A stretch of 64,000 nt of DNA from a virus (taxonomy: Duplodnaviria > Caudoviricetes): IMG/VR virus record IMGVR_UViG_3300005512_000009, positions 29,543 to 93,542 of that record; one strand, written 5' to 3'. The stretch's first letter is position 1, and every line of letters begins with the position of its first letter. Both the position numbers and the translations under genes were made by a program. Shown here piece by piece: positions 45,155 to 55,222 of the stretch. The notes under the pieces are model-generated. The model worked only from the letters and a program-made list of their open reading frames with translations. It was not told where the DNA came from and did not search any database.

Positions 45155-48100
45155 AGAAGATTGATATTGGGGTAGACATTATCGATAAAATATTTCATGT
45201 GTCGGATGTTCATATCAGAACATTGAAGCGACACCGTGAATATCGACAAGTATTTGAGAACATGTTTCTAACAATCGCACAAGAAGCTACTGACAGATCA
45301 ATATGTGTAGTTACAGGTGATATTGTTCATTCAAAACTTGATATGTCGCCAGAGTTAATCAACATGTTAACTGAATTCTTTAATGGATTCACATTACCTA
45401 CAATTGTTATATTAGGTAATCACGACATGAATTTGAATAATACACATCGTGTTGATGCATTATCTCCCGTACTCAATGTTATTCAAAATAAAAATATTCA
45501 CTTCATAAAAGAAAATGGCGTATTTGAAGCAGGAAGTGTTTTGTTCAATCACATGGCTGTTGATGTTCCGCCTGCAAAGTACGTAAAAGGAACTGACATT
45601 GATACCGAACATTTTAAAATTGCATTACATCATGGGGCTGTTCATTCTGCTCGTACTGATGTTGGTTATGAAATTTCAAATGAACATGTTACGGTAGATT
45701 TATTTGATGGTCATGATTTATGTTTATTAGGAGATATCCATAAACCAAATCAAATACTTCAAGAATATCATGTTGAAAATGGCGTAAAAAAGCCATTAAC
45801 GGTATATCCTGGATCGTTGATACAACAAAATCATGGGGAAGCATTAGGACATGGAATACTTGTTTGGGATCTTCCTGACAGAAGTTCTCAATTTATAGAT
45901 ATACCAAATGATTATGGTTACATAACATTTGAGTTGGATGGAACAACGATTGTTAAAGCACCATCATATGTACCGGCCCGGCCTAGGATTAGGGTAAAGT
46001 TTAAAGACACGTCAGCTGCTGACATGAAAAAATTTCTTGCAGCTTTACGTAAAAAATATACCGTTGAAGACATTTCTATTCAACGCATAACAGATACATC
46101 TACAAACACATCTGCAGCAAATATTACAATAGGAAATGTTCGTGATGTTGAATATCAGAATACACTTATTACAGAGCATATTGAACTTAATTATCCGCAA
46201 GCAACTGATTCAGAAATTGATGCTATTCGTCATATTAATAGATCAACAAATTCAAAATTACCAGTATTAGAATCAGTTCGTAACATAACATGGCATCCAG
46301 TTTCATTTGAATTTTCAAACATGTTTTCATATGGTGAAAATAATCATGTTGATTTCACAAAACTTCAAGATGTTGTAGGATTATTTGCACCAAATACATC
46401 TGGTAAATCATCATTGTTAGATGCAATGACGTATACTATTTTTGATAAATGTAGTAAAACTGGAAAAGCTAAAGAAGTACTTAATAATAAATCTACACAA
46501 TTCTTTGGTCGTTTTGTGTTTGAAATGAACAACGTAACGTATACGATTGAAAGAACAGGTACACAACAAAAATCAGGACACGTAAAAGTTAATGTTGAGT
46601 TTTATTCTGATAATGAAAATCTTAATGGCGAAGAACGTAGTGATACAAATAAAAATATTAGAAAATATCTAGGAACTTATGATGATTTTATTTTAACGGC
46701 ATTTTCATTGCAAAACGATCAAAGTAACTTTATCAATAAATCACAAAGAGAACGCAAAGATTTATTATCACAATTTTTAGATATTACAGTTTTTGAGCAA
46801 CTTTACCAACTTGCTGCAGAAGATATAAAAGAAACAGCTGGTAAATTAAAAGAGTACAAGAAAACCGACTTTGCTCAAATTATTTCTGATGCAGAAGATA
46901 TTATTTCGCAAAATATTGATGCAATATCCAAATGCGAACAACAAGAACAAGATGCACAAACACAAAAAGATGAACTTCAAGATGATTTATTACGTCAAGT
47001 TGAAAGTAAACAACCAACAACATATACAGGTCCGTCAATAAAACAACTTAAACAAGAAGAAAATGTATTAACTGATAAGATAAAAAATCTGCAGCAAGAA
47101 ATTGAAACGAAAGAACAAGAAGTTGAAGAAAAAAATGATACTCAACTTAAACTTCGTGTTGATATAAAGCAATTTGATCATAATGATATTGAACACCACG
47201 TTGGAAAATATAATTCATATGATTCAAAGATAGAAACACAAACGAGAATAACAAATAGACAAAGGACATACGTTGATGGATTGCAAGAAAAAATACAACA
47301 TCTCGACACACATGAATATGATCCAGAATGCAAATATTGTACATCAAACGTATTTGTTAAAGACGCATTACAAGCCAAGGATTGTATTGATCAAGAATGT
47401 GAGTCATTGAAACGACATGAAGAATATTTAACACGTTTTAAAACAGAGCAACAGGAATTATTCAAATACACCATACAAAAAACTCAGTTAGAATCATTGA
47501 TTTCAGAACGATCTGGAATACGAGATGATATTGAACGTGATGAACTTCGTTTAGAAATTTTAGAAAATGAATTGCAGACAAAAGAATCTGAATTAGAAAC
47601 TTGTTTAGAACGGCAAGAACAATATACGATCAATCAATCTGCAATTGAAACCAATCAAAAAATTGAAGAACGGATTGAATTAATTAAAGATGCATTAGAA
47701 CATAATAAACATGCAATATCAAAGATTACAACACGAATCAAAAATTTACATGGTGAAATTGAAGTTGCAAAAACAAAAAAGAAACATGCACTTGAAAGTT
47801 TAGATTCTTATAAAAAGTTAGAAACAGAATATAAGGCATATGAATACTATTTAGAAACAATAAAAAGAAATGGTGTGCCATATGACATTATTGCAAAAGC
47901 TCTTCCAAAGATTGAAGCTGAAATTAACAATGTACTCAATCAAATAGTTGATTTCAATATGGTTCTGAATACTGATGGAAAAAATATTAATGGCTACATT
48001 ATTTATGATGAAGACAATTTCTGGCCATTAGAATTAACATCGGGTATGGAACGTTTCATTTCATCACTTGCAATTCGAGTTGCATTAATAAATGTATCAG

Positions 48101-48312
48101 CACTTCCACGTCCTAATTTCATTGCAATTGACGAGGGCTGGGGAAGTTTAGACTCAGAACATATTGCTGCAGTAATTAATCTATTTGAATATTTTAGAAA
48201 CAAGTTTGACTTTTCAATTATTATTTCGCACGTTGATTCTATGCGAGATATGGTTGATAAATTACTTGAAGTTAACAAACAAAACGGATTCAGCCAGATT
48301 CAGAACACGTAA
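45145..48312 (+). CDS. Fused SbcD/Mre11 nuclease - SbcC/Rad50 ATPase (gp47-gp46-like)
   Basis: N-terminal SDVH, TGD, GNHD and GDIH; then Walker A PNTSGKSS, coiled coil with CKYC hook, signature SGME and Walker B IDEGWGSLD. Confidence 0.93.
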   Translation: MEIKKIDIGVDIIDKIFHVSDVHIRTLKRHREYRQVFENMFLTIAQEATDRSICVVTGDIVHSKLDMSPELINMLTEFFNGFTLPTIVILGNHDMNLNNTHRVDALSPVLNVIQNKNIHFIKENGVFEAGSVLFNHMAVDVPPAKYVKGTDIDTEHFKIALHHGAVHSARTDVGYEISNEHVTVDLFDGHDLCLLGDIHKPNQILQEYHVENGVKKPLTVYPGSLIQQNHGEALGHGILVWDLPDRSSQFIDIPNDYGYITFELDGTTIVKAPSYVPARPRIRVKFKDTSAADMKKFLAALRKKYTVEDISIQRITDTSTNTSAANITIGNVRDVEYQNTLITEHIELNYPQATDSEIDAIRHINRSTNSKLPVLESVRNITWHPVSFEFSNMFSYGENNHVDFTKLQDVVGLFAPNTSGKSSLLDAMTYTIFDKCSKTGKAKEVLNNKSTQFFGRFVFEMNNVTYTIERTGTQQKSGHVKVNVEFYSDNENLNGEERSDTNKNIRKYLGTYDDFILTAFSLQNDQSNFINKSQRERKDLLSQFLDITVFEQLYQLAAEDIKETAGKLKEYKKTDFAQIISDAEDIISQNIDAISKCEQQEQDAQTQKDELQDDLLRQVESKQPTTYTGPSIKQLKQEENVLTDKIKNLQQEIETKEQEVEEKNDTQLKLRVDIKQFDHNDIEHHVGKYNSYDSKIETQTRITNRQRTYVDGLQEKIQHLDTHEYDPECKYCTSNVFVKDALQAKDCIDQECESLKRHEEYLTRFKTEQQELFKYTIQKTQLESLISERSGIRDDIERDELRLEILENELQTKESELETCLERQEQYTINQSAIETNQKIEERIELIKDALEHNKHAISKITTRIKNLHGEIEVAKTKKKHALESLDSYKKLETEYKAYEYYLETIKRNGVPYDIIAKALPKIEAEINNVLNQIVDFNMVLNTDGKNINGYIIYDEDNFWPLELTSGMERFISSLAIRVALINVSALPRPNFIAIDEGWGSLDSEHIAAVINLFEYFRNKFDFSIIISHVDSMRDMVDKLLEVNKQNGFSQIQNT

Positions 48313-48336
48313 TATTTATAATAAAGTATTTCGTGT

Positions 48337-51174
48337 ATGAAAAGAAAAGAAACTACATATAAAGGCTTAGACACATTCGATGTGTTTTTTACTGACACAT
48401 CACTCACATCGCCTGATGTATTTCAAATTACAGAATTTCCATCACGATTAACTGCTGGTAAAAATTTAATTAAACTTAAAGGACATCCTACCAATTTACG
48501 TATTGGTTCTTATCTAAACATTGAAATTTTAGATTTTAACGGAGATCCTATATATTATGAAGTTGTAAATTATCTAGATGAAGATAAATCTAGAATTATT
48601 GCAATATATGTATACGACGAAACATCTCCTGGTACTGCTACTATTACATTATTAGGCGAATTAAATGAAATCAACGGACAGCCGGTACCGCAAGAATGGG
48701 AAGGTAGATCTAACGTTAGATGGTCTAGAACAGTTGAAGTTAATCCTACAATATCTAATGATTCTGAAATCATATTTGAAACATTGCCTTCGGCATCATT
48801 AACAGAACAAGTAGGAGTACAATTAGATAGAACATATCCTAATAATCAGCAGTTTCCTACTTATACTACAGGCACGGTAAGATATTTTTCATATAATAAT
48901 ACACCAGCATTTGAAATTACAGGCGGGTTATTTACAAAAGAAATGGAAGGTGGTACTATAACAGTTTCATCTCCTGTAAATCCTACCCCTACACCGCAAT
49001 ACACGCCTGGTACTACGACGTATGAAACAACAGTTAGAAAAGTATTATCTGATACATTGATGTTGTTAGACGACAACTTTACGGTTGCATCGTCGCAATC
49101 TATATTTACACATACATATACTCAGTTTGATTATTCTTCATTTTCTATAACATATGAAGCAGACCCAGTATATACGCCAACTCAAAATTCTGAATCATTT
49201 GCAAACATATCATTATTCGGCTTGCAACCAGCAACTGGGGATGTTAGCAGAATTAAAATATTTTTGAACGGTAATGGTAGTATAGGTACGTGGGAACAAA
49301 TCAATGACATTGAGTTGGAAGAAACAGAATTGTTTATTGATGAAGCAAATGTATTTCCAGATTTTCGAATAGGAGCATTTACATCACAATCTGTTATTGA
49401 TACGTATTGGGAGTCAAACTACTATTCTGGTTTTGTAGAACTGTCTGCACCTACATTGTCATGGACTTCTTCAAGTATAGCAAATGCAGTACAAGTAATT
49501 ACAGGTAGTTCTGGGGATATAACTGCATACAACCAAGTATATACATTTCAAACAAAACCGGCGTATGCAGCAACATTTGTTTCAGAATCTTCATATAAAA
49601 TTACAATAGATGCAATTGGTACTAGGGGCAATGTTAGTGATAACAATAATCCAAAACTAAGCGTATTTTTATCAGGCTCTGCATTTCCGTTTGATGATAC
49701 TGATATTCTTAATCAAGAATTACCAACTAAATTAGGTGTTCGAGTAGGTGAATTAGAAGTAACAAGTAATTCACAAAGATTTGATGACACGGTATTTGAA
49801 TTTGAAGCACCTGCAACCGGAACTGCGCAGTTGATATTTGTTATAGAATCCGGGGAATGGACATTTTCAGATATCAGAACAACTACTGATAATGATGCTG
49901 GGTATACTCCTGCATATTCAAAAATACGTACGGAGATTCCTACAAAGCATAAATCTTCAAATCAATATCGTTTCCGCATAGATTATTTCAATGTAGATGG
50001 TGTTAAGAGTCGACAATCAACATATATCAATAATGTAGATTGGCAGGGTGGTAACCGTTATATAGACGGCGAATATTCAATGATAACAGGTTCGTTGTAT
50101 GTAGCTGACACATTAGAAACAGGTATTGCAATATCAGGACTTAAAGATACTGGCTTCGTACGAAGCTTGGGGTATTCTGGATTTGAATTTGACGCTCCTG
50201 GGTTTTTACTTTGGAGTGGTAGTGCGTTATCTGGCAGTTCTGGAACTAAAGGCGGCGTACCATATAGTGGTGTTGGTTTAGAATTATATGCAAATCCAGA
50301 TAACTATTTTAGATTTTCAACTACAGACTCTGAATTAGATGTAAGAACACAAAAGTTTTTTGTGGGTAATGCAACTACATTTATATCAGGTTCGGATGGT
50401 AATTTACAAATAAAATCTGGCAACGATTTAAATATATATAACGGTGAAATAACTGGGTCAAATGTATTAATTTCAAACACCATAAAAACCGGCCTATCAT
50501 CTACTGAAGACTACATAGTACTAAGTACAGCTCAACGGATAGTTGATGCATCAAATATTGCTAGGATTGTACATCAAGATGAGTCGTTGTCTCAAGACAC
50601 ACAACACACTACTGCAGTTAGCTCTCCATTTACATCATCAAATGTATTGTTAGCATCATTTACATGTAACATACTCCCAGGTGAAACTAACATGGTATTC
50701 ATGTTTCAAGTTTCCGGCTCGATATCAGGTAGTTCATCACAGATATCAGGTTCATTTAATGTCGACCCACACTTAAAAATTGATTTGTCATATATATCAG
50801 CTTCAGCTGGCGAGGTAGAAACAGAAGCTACTAGTCCTAATTTCAGAATCATTACGCCAATAGAAACATTAGAAACATATGAATTTTCTGGAAGTATGCA
50901 TGATGGATACTTCGGAACGCGGCTTAGCAACGGCGAAGACTTCTATTCAGGCGATTTTGTACAAATGTATAAGCCCATTAACGGAGATATGCAAGGAAAA
51001 TTTGTAAAAGTTGAAATGTATGAACGTTTACAAATCGTTAACGTTTCCGGCACAACAAGTGGTTCATTGAATTGGCGTAATTTGCATGTTATGACAACAC
51101 GTCAAGCAAACGAGTATCAAAGTATCGGTTTAGCTGAAGCAGTAGAGTCACCGGCATTACCTGATTTTGGATAA
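48337..51174 (+). CDS. tail-associated structural protein
   Basis: 945 aa, S/T/G-rich beta structure; ATATTTAT at 48312. Confidence 0.7.
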   Translation: MKRKETTYKGLDTFDVFFTDTSLTSPDVFQITEFPSRLTAGKNLIKLKGHPTNLRIGSYLNIEILDFNGDPIYYEVVNYLDEDKSRIIAIYVYDETSPGTATITLLGELNEINGQPVPQEWEGRSNVRWSRTVEVNPTISNDSEIIFETLPSASLTEQVGVQLDRTYPNNQQFPTYTTGTVRYFSYNNTPAFEITGGLFTKEMEGGTITVSSPVNPTPTPQYTPGTTTYETTVRKVLSDTLMLLDDNFTVASSQSIFTHTYTQFDYSSFSITYEADPVYTPTQNSESFANISLFGLQPATGDVSRIKIFLNGNGSIGTWEQINDIELEETELFIDEANVFPDFRIGAFTSQSVIDTYWESNYYSGFVELSAPTLSWTSSSIANAVQVITGSSGDITAYNQVYTFQTKPAYAATFVSESSYKITIDAIGTRGNVSDNNNPKLSVFLSGSAFPFDDTDILNQELPTKLGVRVGELEVTSNSQRFDDTVFEFEAPATGTAQLIFVIESGEWTFSDIRTTTDNDAGYTPAYSKIRTEIPTKHKSSNQYRFRIDYFNVDGVKSRQSTYINNVDWQGGNRYIDGEYSMITGSLYVADTLETGIAISGLKDTGFVRSLGYSGFEFDAPGFLLWSGSALSGSSGTKGGVPYSGVGLELYANPDNYFRFSTTDSELDVRTQKFFVGNATTFISGSDGNLQIKSGNDLNIYNGEITGSNVLISNTIKTGLSSTEDYIVLSTAQRIVDASNIARIVHQDESLSQDTQHTTAVSSPFTSSNVLLASFTCNILPGETNMVFMFQVSGSISGSSSQISGSFNVDPHLKIDLSYISASAGEVETEATSPNFRIITPIETLETYEFSGSMHDGYFGTRLSNGEDFYSGDFVQMYKPINGDMQGKFVKVEMYERLQIVNVSGTTSGSLNWRNLHVMTTRQANEYQSIGLAEAVESPALPDFG

Positions 51175-51211
51175 AAACTCATACTAATACAATGATTGAT
51201 ATTTATATAAA

Positions 51212-52126
51212 ATGGGCATTCGAATGAAATCAATACTACAAGAATTCAAACAACATCTCACAGAGCAAACAAGTAATGTTACTGTTTTATTTCCAGGCGG
51301 ATTTAAACCTATTACTGGAGCACATTTAGCACTTGCTAATCGTTATGCAGAAGATCCACAAGTACAACAAGTAGTGATGCTTATCGGACCAAAAGACAGA
51401 GATGGGTTTACAAGAACACAATCAATTCAAGCATTCAATTTGATAAATTCAAACCCAAAGATTCGCATACAACCAACAGAATTCAATTCTCCTATCATGG
51501 CTGCATATGAATACTTGTTTGCATTGCCGGAAGATACTGCGGGTCAATATGCAATGGCTGCATCTGCAAAAGGAGATGATTATGTGAGAACTAAATCATT
51601 TGTGCCTAACGTAGACAAATATAAATTAACTGGTGATAAAAAAGGAAGAAAAATTCCACAAGGTGTCGACGCAATTGAATTGACTGCAAACACAGATCCA
51701 ATACAATATCCGACAGGCGAACCTGTATCTGCTACATCAACGAGAGCAGCAATTGCTGCAGGCGATTATCGTAGATTTAAAGAATCTTATCCAGGCATAA
51801 CAGATGAAATTCTTAAAAATGTTTGGGAAATATTTACAGGTAAAATGATCGAAACCGTTTTTTCTAGAGAATGGTGGTCTACACAATTAGCAGAAGATAT
51901 AGAAGCAGTTATCGAAGGCTATATGGATCCTAAAACTGCTGAGAAACACAAAAAGAAAATTGAAAAGCTACGCAAGTTTTTAGATAAGAATACCGGTAAA
52001 GAGTTTGTATATGATTTTGATACGTATGACAAAACTACATTTGGTGTTCCATTAACTGAAGGAGTATTGCTCACGGAAGGCGATTTTGATAAAATAGAAG
52101 AAGAGGTATTAAAAAATGTCAAATAA
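51212..52126 (+). CDS. cytidylyltransferase-like (HIGH superfamily) nucleotidyltransferase; 5' half of a split gene
   Basis: PGGFKPITGAH and SATSTRAAI motifs; ends VLLTEG plus a short unrelated tail. Confidence 0.8.
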   Translation: MGIRMKSILQEFKQHLTEQTSNVTVLFPGGFKPITGAHLALANRYAEDPQVQQVVMLIGPKDRDGFTRTQSIQAFNLINSNPKIRIQPTEFNSPIMAAYEYLFALPEDTAGQYAMAASAKGDDYVRTKSFVPNVDKYKLTGDKKGRKIPQGVDAIELTANTDPIQYPTGEPVSATSTRAAIAAGDYRRFKESYPGITDEILKNVWEIFTGKMIETVFSREWWSTQLAEDIEAVIEGYMDPKTAEKHKKKIEKLRKFLDKNTGKEFVYDFDTYDKTTFGVPLTEGVLLTEGDFDKIEEEVLKNVK

Positions 52127-52919
52127 AGTTACATGCGAAATATGTAAACAAGAAATGCGACAAATAACGCAAAATCATTTGAAATACAAACATCAAATGA
52201 CATTAAATGAATACATCCAAAACTATCCAAATGCAGATACAATATCAAAAGAGTTAGTTCAAGAGCTTAAAGATAAAAATGCAATGAAAGATCCTGTAAA
52301 TATCAAAAAAATAGTTGATACGAAAATGGATCGTTATGGAACATTAGCTGTTAACAACAAACAGCGTTTACAAACATGGCGTAATAATGGACATGATATT
52401 GCATTAGCAAAACGAATGAAATTAGATAACCCATCTAAAAAACTTGAGGTTAGAAAAAAAATAAGCAAAAGCGTAACACAATCATATGTTAATAACCCAG
52501 AGTTACGCGAACAACGAAAACAATCAGGATTTAGTATGCATAGAGCAAATGGAACATATCGATCAATAATGGAAGAAAAGGGGTTATGGACACCTAAATC
52601 AAAAAAATCAGAACGAGATCTTTATTATGAATCTGTTGCAGCATGGACAGAATGGTCATATCAAAACTTTTTTAGTGAAATTGAAAATGCAAATAAACGA
52701 AGTAGAAACTTTCACTTAGACCATAAAATATCAAAAAAATATGGTTTTGAAAACGATATTGATCCAGCTGTAATTGGCCATTATGAAAACTTACAAATAC
52801 TTCCACACTCGATAAATGAATCAAAAGGACAATCGAATTCTATAGATTTATCAGATTTGTCATCAATGATTGAGATGTCAAGATTTCCACTTCCACGCCG
52901 AGTTTTATTGACGTGCGGT
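52082..52919 (+). mobile_element. 838-bp insertion encoding a Zn-finger/NUMOD/HNH homing-endonuclease-like domain
   Basis: CEIC...HLKYKH, NPSKKLEVRKKISKS and HLDHKIS...NLQIL...NESK motifs; bounded by duplicated VLLT[E/C]G codons. Confidence 0.75.
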
Positions 52920-54131
52920 GGCGCCGCAGGACACATGGCTCATCCATATGACGATCATGGTTTAACCTTCAATGAAATGAAAGAATTAATTGCACGCGCG
53001 TTAGAAGGCGAATTAGATGTAGAAGAAGCAATAACAGAAAAGACTGATGGCCAGAACCTTCAAGTAACGTGGAAGAACGGACAAGTAGGGTTTGCTCGTA
53101 ATAAAGGTACAATTAAAAAGCCATTAACGACACAAGAACTAATTAATAAATTTGAAGGCCGCGGACCTATATCAGATGCATTCCGAGAATCAGGACAAGA
53201 TTTACAAGCAGCTTTTGGAAAAATAGATAGTTCTAAATTAGACGAAATATTTAAAAATGGTCGAGTATTTGCAAACATGGAAATTATATATCCTGCAACC
53301 AAGAACATTATTAATTATGATAAAGCACATATACAGTTTCACAATTTAGTTGAATATGATGAAAATGCAAATAAAGTTCAGACTGATATGACCGGCGGAG
53401 CATTGATTCAGAAAATAATTGAAGATGCCAATGCGCACATGCAAAATACATTTTCGTTTATTCCGCCGCAAAAAATTAAATTAGGTCGTATTGCAGATTT
53501 TGAAGATCAACAAGCAGCATTATTTGCAGAAGTAGATCAACTTAAAACACAATTCGGCCTTAAAGATACTGATTTAATTTCTGAATATCATCGTGCTTGG
53601 TGGAGAGACGTAATTACCACAAAAGCTCAAGAATTGGGATATGATATATCAGATGATTTAAGAGACACATTAGTAGATAGATGGGCATTCGATGATAAAT
53701 CAACATCAATAACAGCTGTTAAAAAACAAATTGAAAATCCTGAGTATTCACAGTGGGTAACAGATTTTGATAAAAAAGATTTTAAATCATATCAAAAACA
53801 AAACATGGAACCATTTGAATCAATCTTTTTGAGATTAGGAGCTCTTGTATTATCAAATGTATCGCAGATATTAGCTGCAGATCCTAATAAATCTACACAG
53901 GAAATTAAAAGAGATATTGCTACACTGATGAAGCAAGTACAACAAAGCAAAGACCCAGAAATTCTTAAAAAAGTTGAATATCAATTAAAAAGAATTGAAA
54001 AGCTAGGCGGCTTTGAAAAAATTGTTCCGATTGAAGGAATTGTATTTACATTCAAAGGCAATACATATAAATTAACAGGTGCATTTGCACCAGTCAATCA
54101 ACTAATAGGCATATTAAAGTACGGACGATAA
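52116..54131 (+). CDS. HNH endonuclease fused to a ligase-like nucleotidyltransferase domain (DUF6267-like)
   Basis: After about aa 268: GGAAGHMAHPYD, TEKTDGQN (KxDG), EIIY, EGIVF and YKL. Confidence 0.8.
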   Translation: MSNKVTCEICKQEMRQITQNHLKYKHQMTLNEYIQNYPNADTISKELVQELKDKNAMKDPVNIKKIVDTKMDRYGTLAVNNKQRLQTWRNNGHDIALAKRMKLDNPSKKLEVRKKISKSVTQSYVNNPELREQRKQSGFSMHRANGTYRSIMEEKGLWTPKSKKSERDLYYESVAAWTEWSYQNFFSEIENANKRSRNFHLDHKISKKYGFENDIDPAVIGHYENLQILPHSINESKGQSNSIDLSDLSSMIEMSRFPLPRRVLLTCGGAAGHMAHPYDDHGLTFNEMKELIARALEGELDVEEAITEKTDGQNLQVTWKNGQVGFARNKGTIKKPLTTQELINKFEGRGPISDAFRESGQDLQAAFGKIDSSKLDEIFKNGRVFANMEIIYPATKNIINYDKAHIQFHNLVEYDENANKVQTDMTGGALIQKIIEDANAHMQNTFSFIPPQKIKLGRIADFEDQQAALFAEVDQLKTQFGLKDTDLISEYHRAWWRDVITTKAQELGYDISDDLRDTLVDRWAFDDKSTSITAVKKQIENPEYSQWVTDFDKKDFKSYQKQNMEPFESIFLRLGALVLSNVSQILAADPNKSTQEIKRDIATLMKQVQQSKDPEILKKVEYQLKRIEKLGGFEKIVPIEGIVFTFKGNTYKLTGAFAPVNQLIGILKYGR

Positions 54132-54158
54132 TATTTATATTAAAAATAGGACTTTCAA

Positions 54159-55205
54159 ATGGCATTGAAATATGATATATCGTTCGCACTAAAAGAAATA
54201 CAAAAATTTAATCGCGATTTAATAGATCTTAACGATTTGATAACTGTAGTTGCAGCACACTTATCAATTCCGCAAACAAAAAATAATTTAGATCAAATAA
54301 AAGACCATTTAATGGCATCAACTGATGAAGATGGTCATATACCAGTAGATGCTGATTTAATAAGAGAACTTTTTAAGTTAGTTGAAACTAATATGAACGA
54401 ATCAAAAAAATATAAGTCAAAATATAAAGCACCAAAAGATTTAGAAAAATCTCAAAAACCAACTCCACGTAAAGATCTTAAAGATTATGAAGGAGATGAA
54501 ACAGAAAACATGGTGCCAAATTCTACTGGCGAAAAGCAAAAGAATGTACTTCGTAAAACTGATAAAGAAGTGATTGACAACGGATCAATTGTTCCAGACA
54601 TGAAAGATGCTGATAGAGCTTATAAACCAGAAGGAGAACATGACCCAAAACATGCTGCTAAAGTAATGTCTAAGCGTCAAGATGATGATGAAAAAGACAG
54701 TGAAGATTCTATTAAAGATAAAATTGAAAATCTAACAAGAGAACAAAAAGAACGTTTAGTTAGAGAAATGATTCGTCGTAGAATTAAAGCAGTACTTAAA
54801 GAACAAGAAGAGCCAGAAGAAGAACCTGCCGCAGAAGAACCTGCACCAGAGCCAGAAGCTCCAGCAGAAGAACCTACTCCAACTCCAGCTCCAGCTCCTG
54901 CTCCGGCTCCTGCAGAAACACCAGAAGCCCCAGCTCCAGAGCCTGAAGCAGAAGCTCCGTCAGAAGAACCTGCACCTGATGCAGCACCTGAGCAAGATTC
55001 GACAGCACAATTAAATAGCTTTGTAACATTAGTTAAGAAACAACCAACATCCCCAGAACAAATCAAAATGATTTTGAAAGCAGTTCAAAAAACAGGAACA
55101 ATGGCTGACGAACAAGGTAATGAAGTTATGAATCAAGGTAAATTAAAGGAACTATATCGTTATCTGAAAATTGCTGCAGATAGAATGTTAGAAAAATATT
55201 CATAA
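54159..55205 (+). CDS. late hypothetical protein with Pro/Ala/Glu-rich linker
   Basis: ATATTTAT at 54131; PAPEPEAP repeats at about 54810-54990. Confidence 0.8.
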   Translation: MALKYDISFALKEIQKFNRDLIDLNDLITVVAAHLSIPQTKNNLDQIKDHLMASTDEDGHIPVDADLIRELFKLVETNMNESKKYKSKYKAPKDLEKSQKPTPRKDLKDYEGDETENMVPNSTGEKQKNVLRKTDKEVIDNGSIVPDMKDADRAYKPEGEHDPKHAAKVMSKRQDDDEKDSEDSIKDKIENLTREQKERLVREMIRRRIKAVLKEQEEPEEEPAAEEPAPEPEAPAEEPTPTPAPAPAPAPAETPEAPAPEPEAEAPSEEPAPDAAPEQDSTAQLNSFVTLVKKQPTSPEQIKMILKAVQKTGTMADEQGNEVMNQGKLKELYRYLKIAADRMLEKYS

Positions 55206-55222
55206 ATAAAACAAAACAAGTT

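Noticed and set aside
33104-51174. Diversity-generating retroelement acting on tail genes
   Set aside because: No reverse transcriptase and no adenine-variant TR/VR repeat pair seen in this window.
52082-52919. Intein or group I intron
   Set aside because: Insert is 838 bp (frame-breaking), has no C/S start or HN end, and is fully occupied by coding sequence.
54810-54990. Pro/Ala/Glu repeats as a DNA-level repeat system
   Set aside because: Degenerate at the DNA level; explained as a flexible protein linker.
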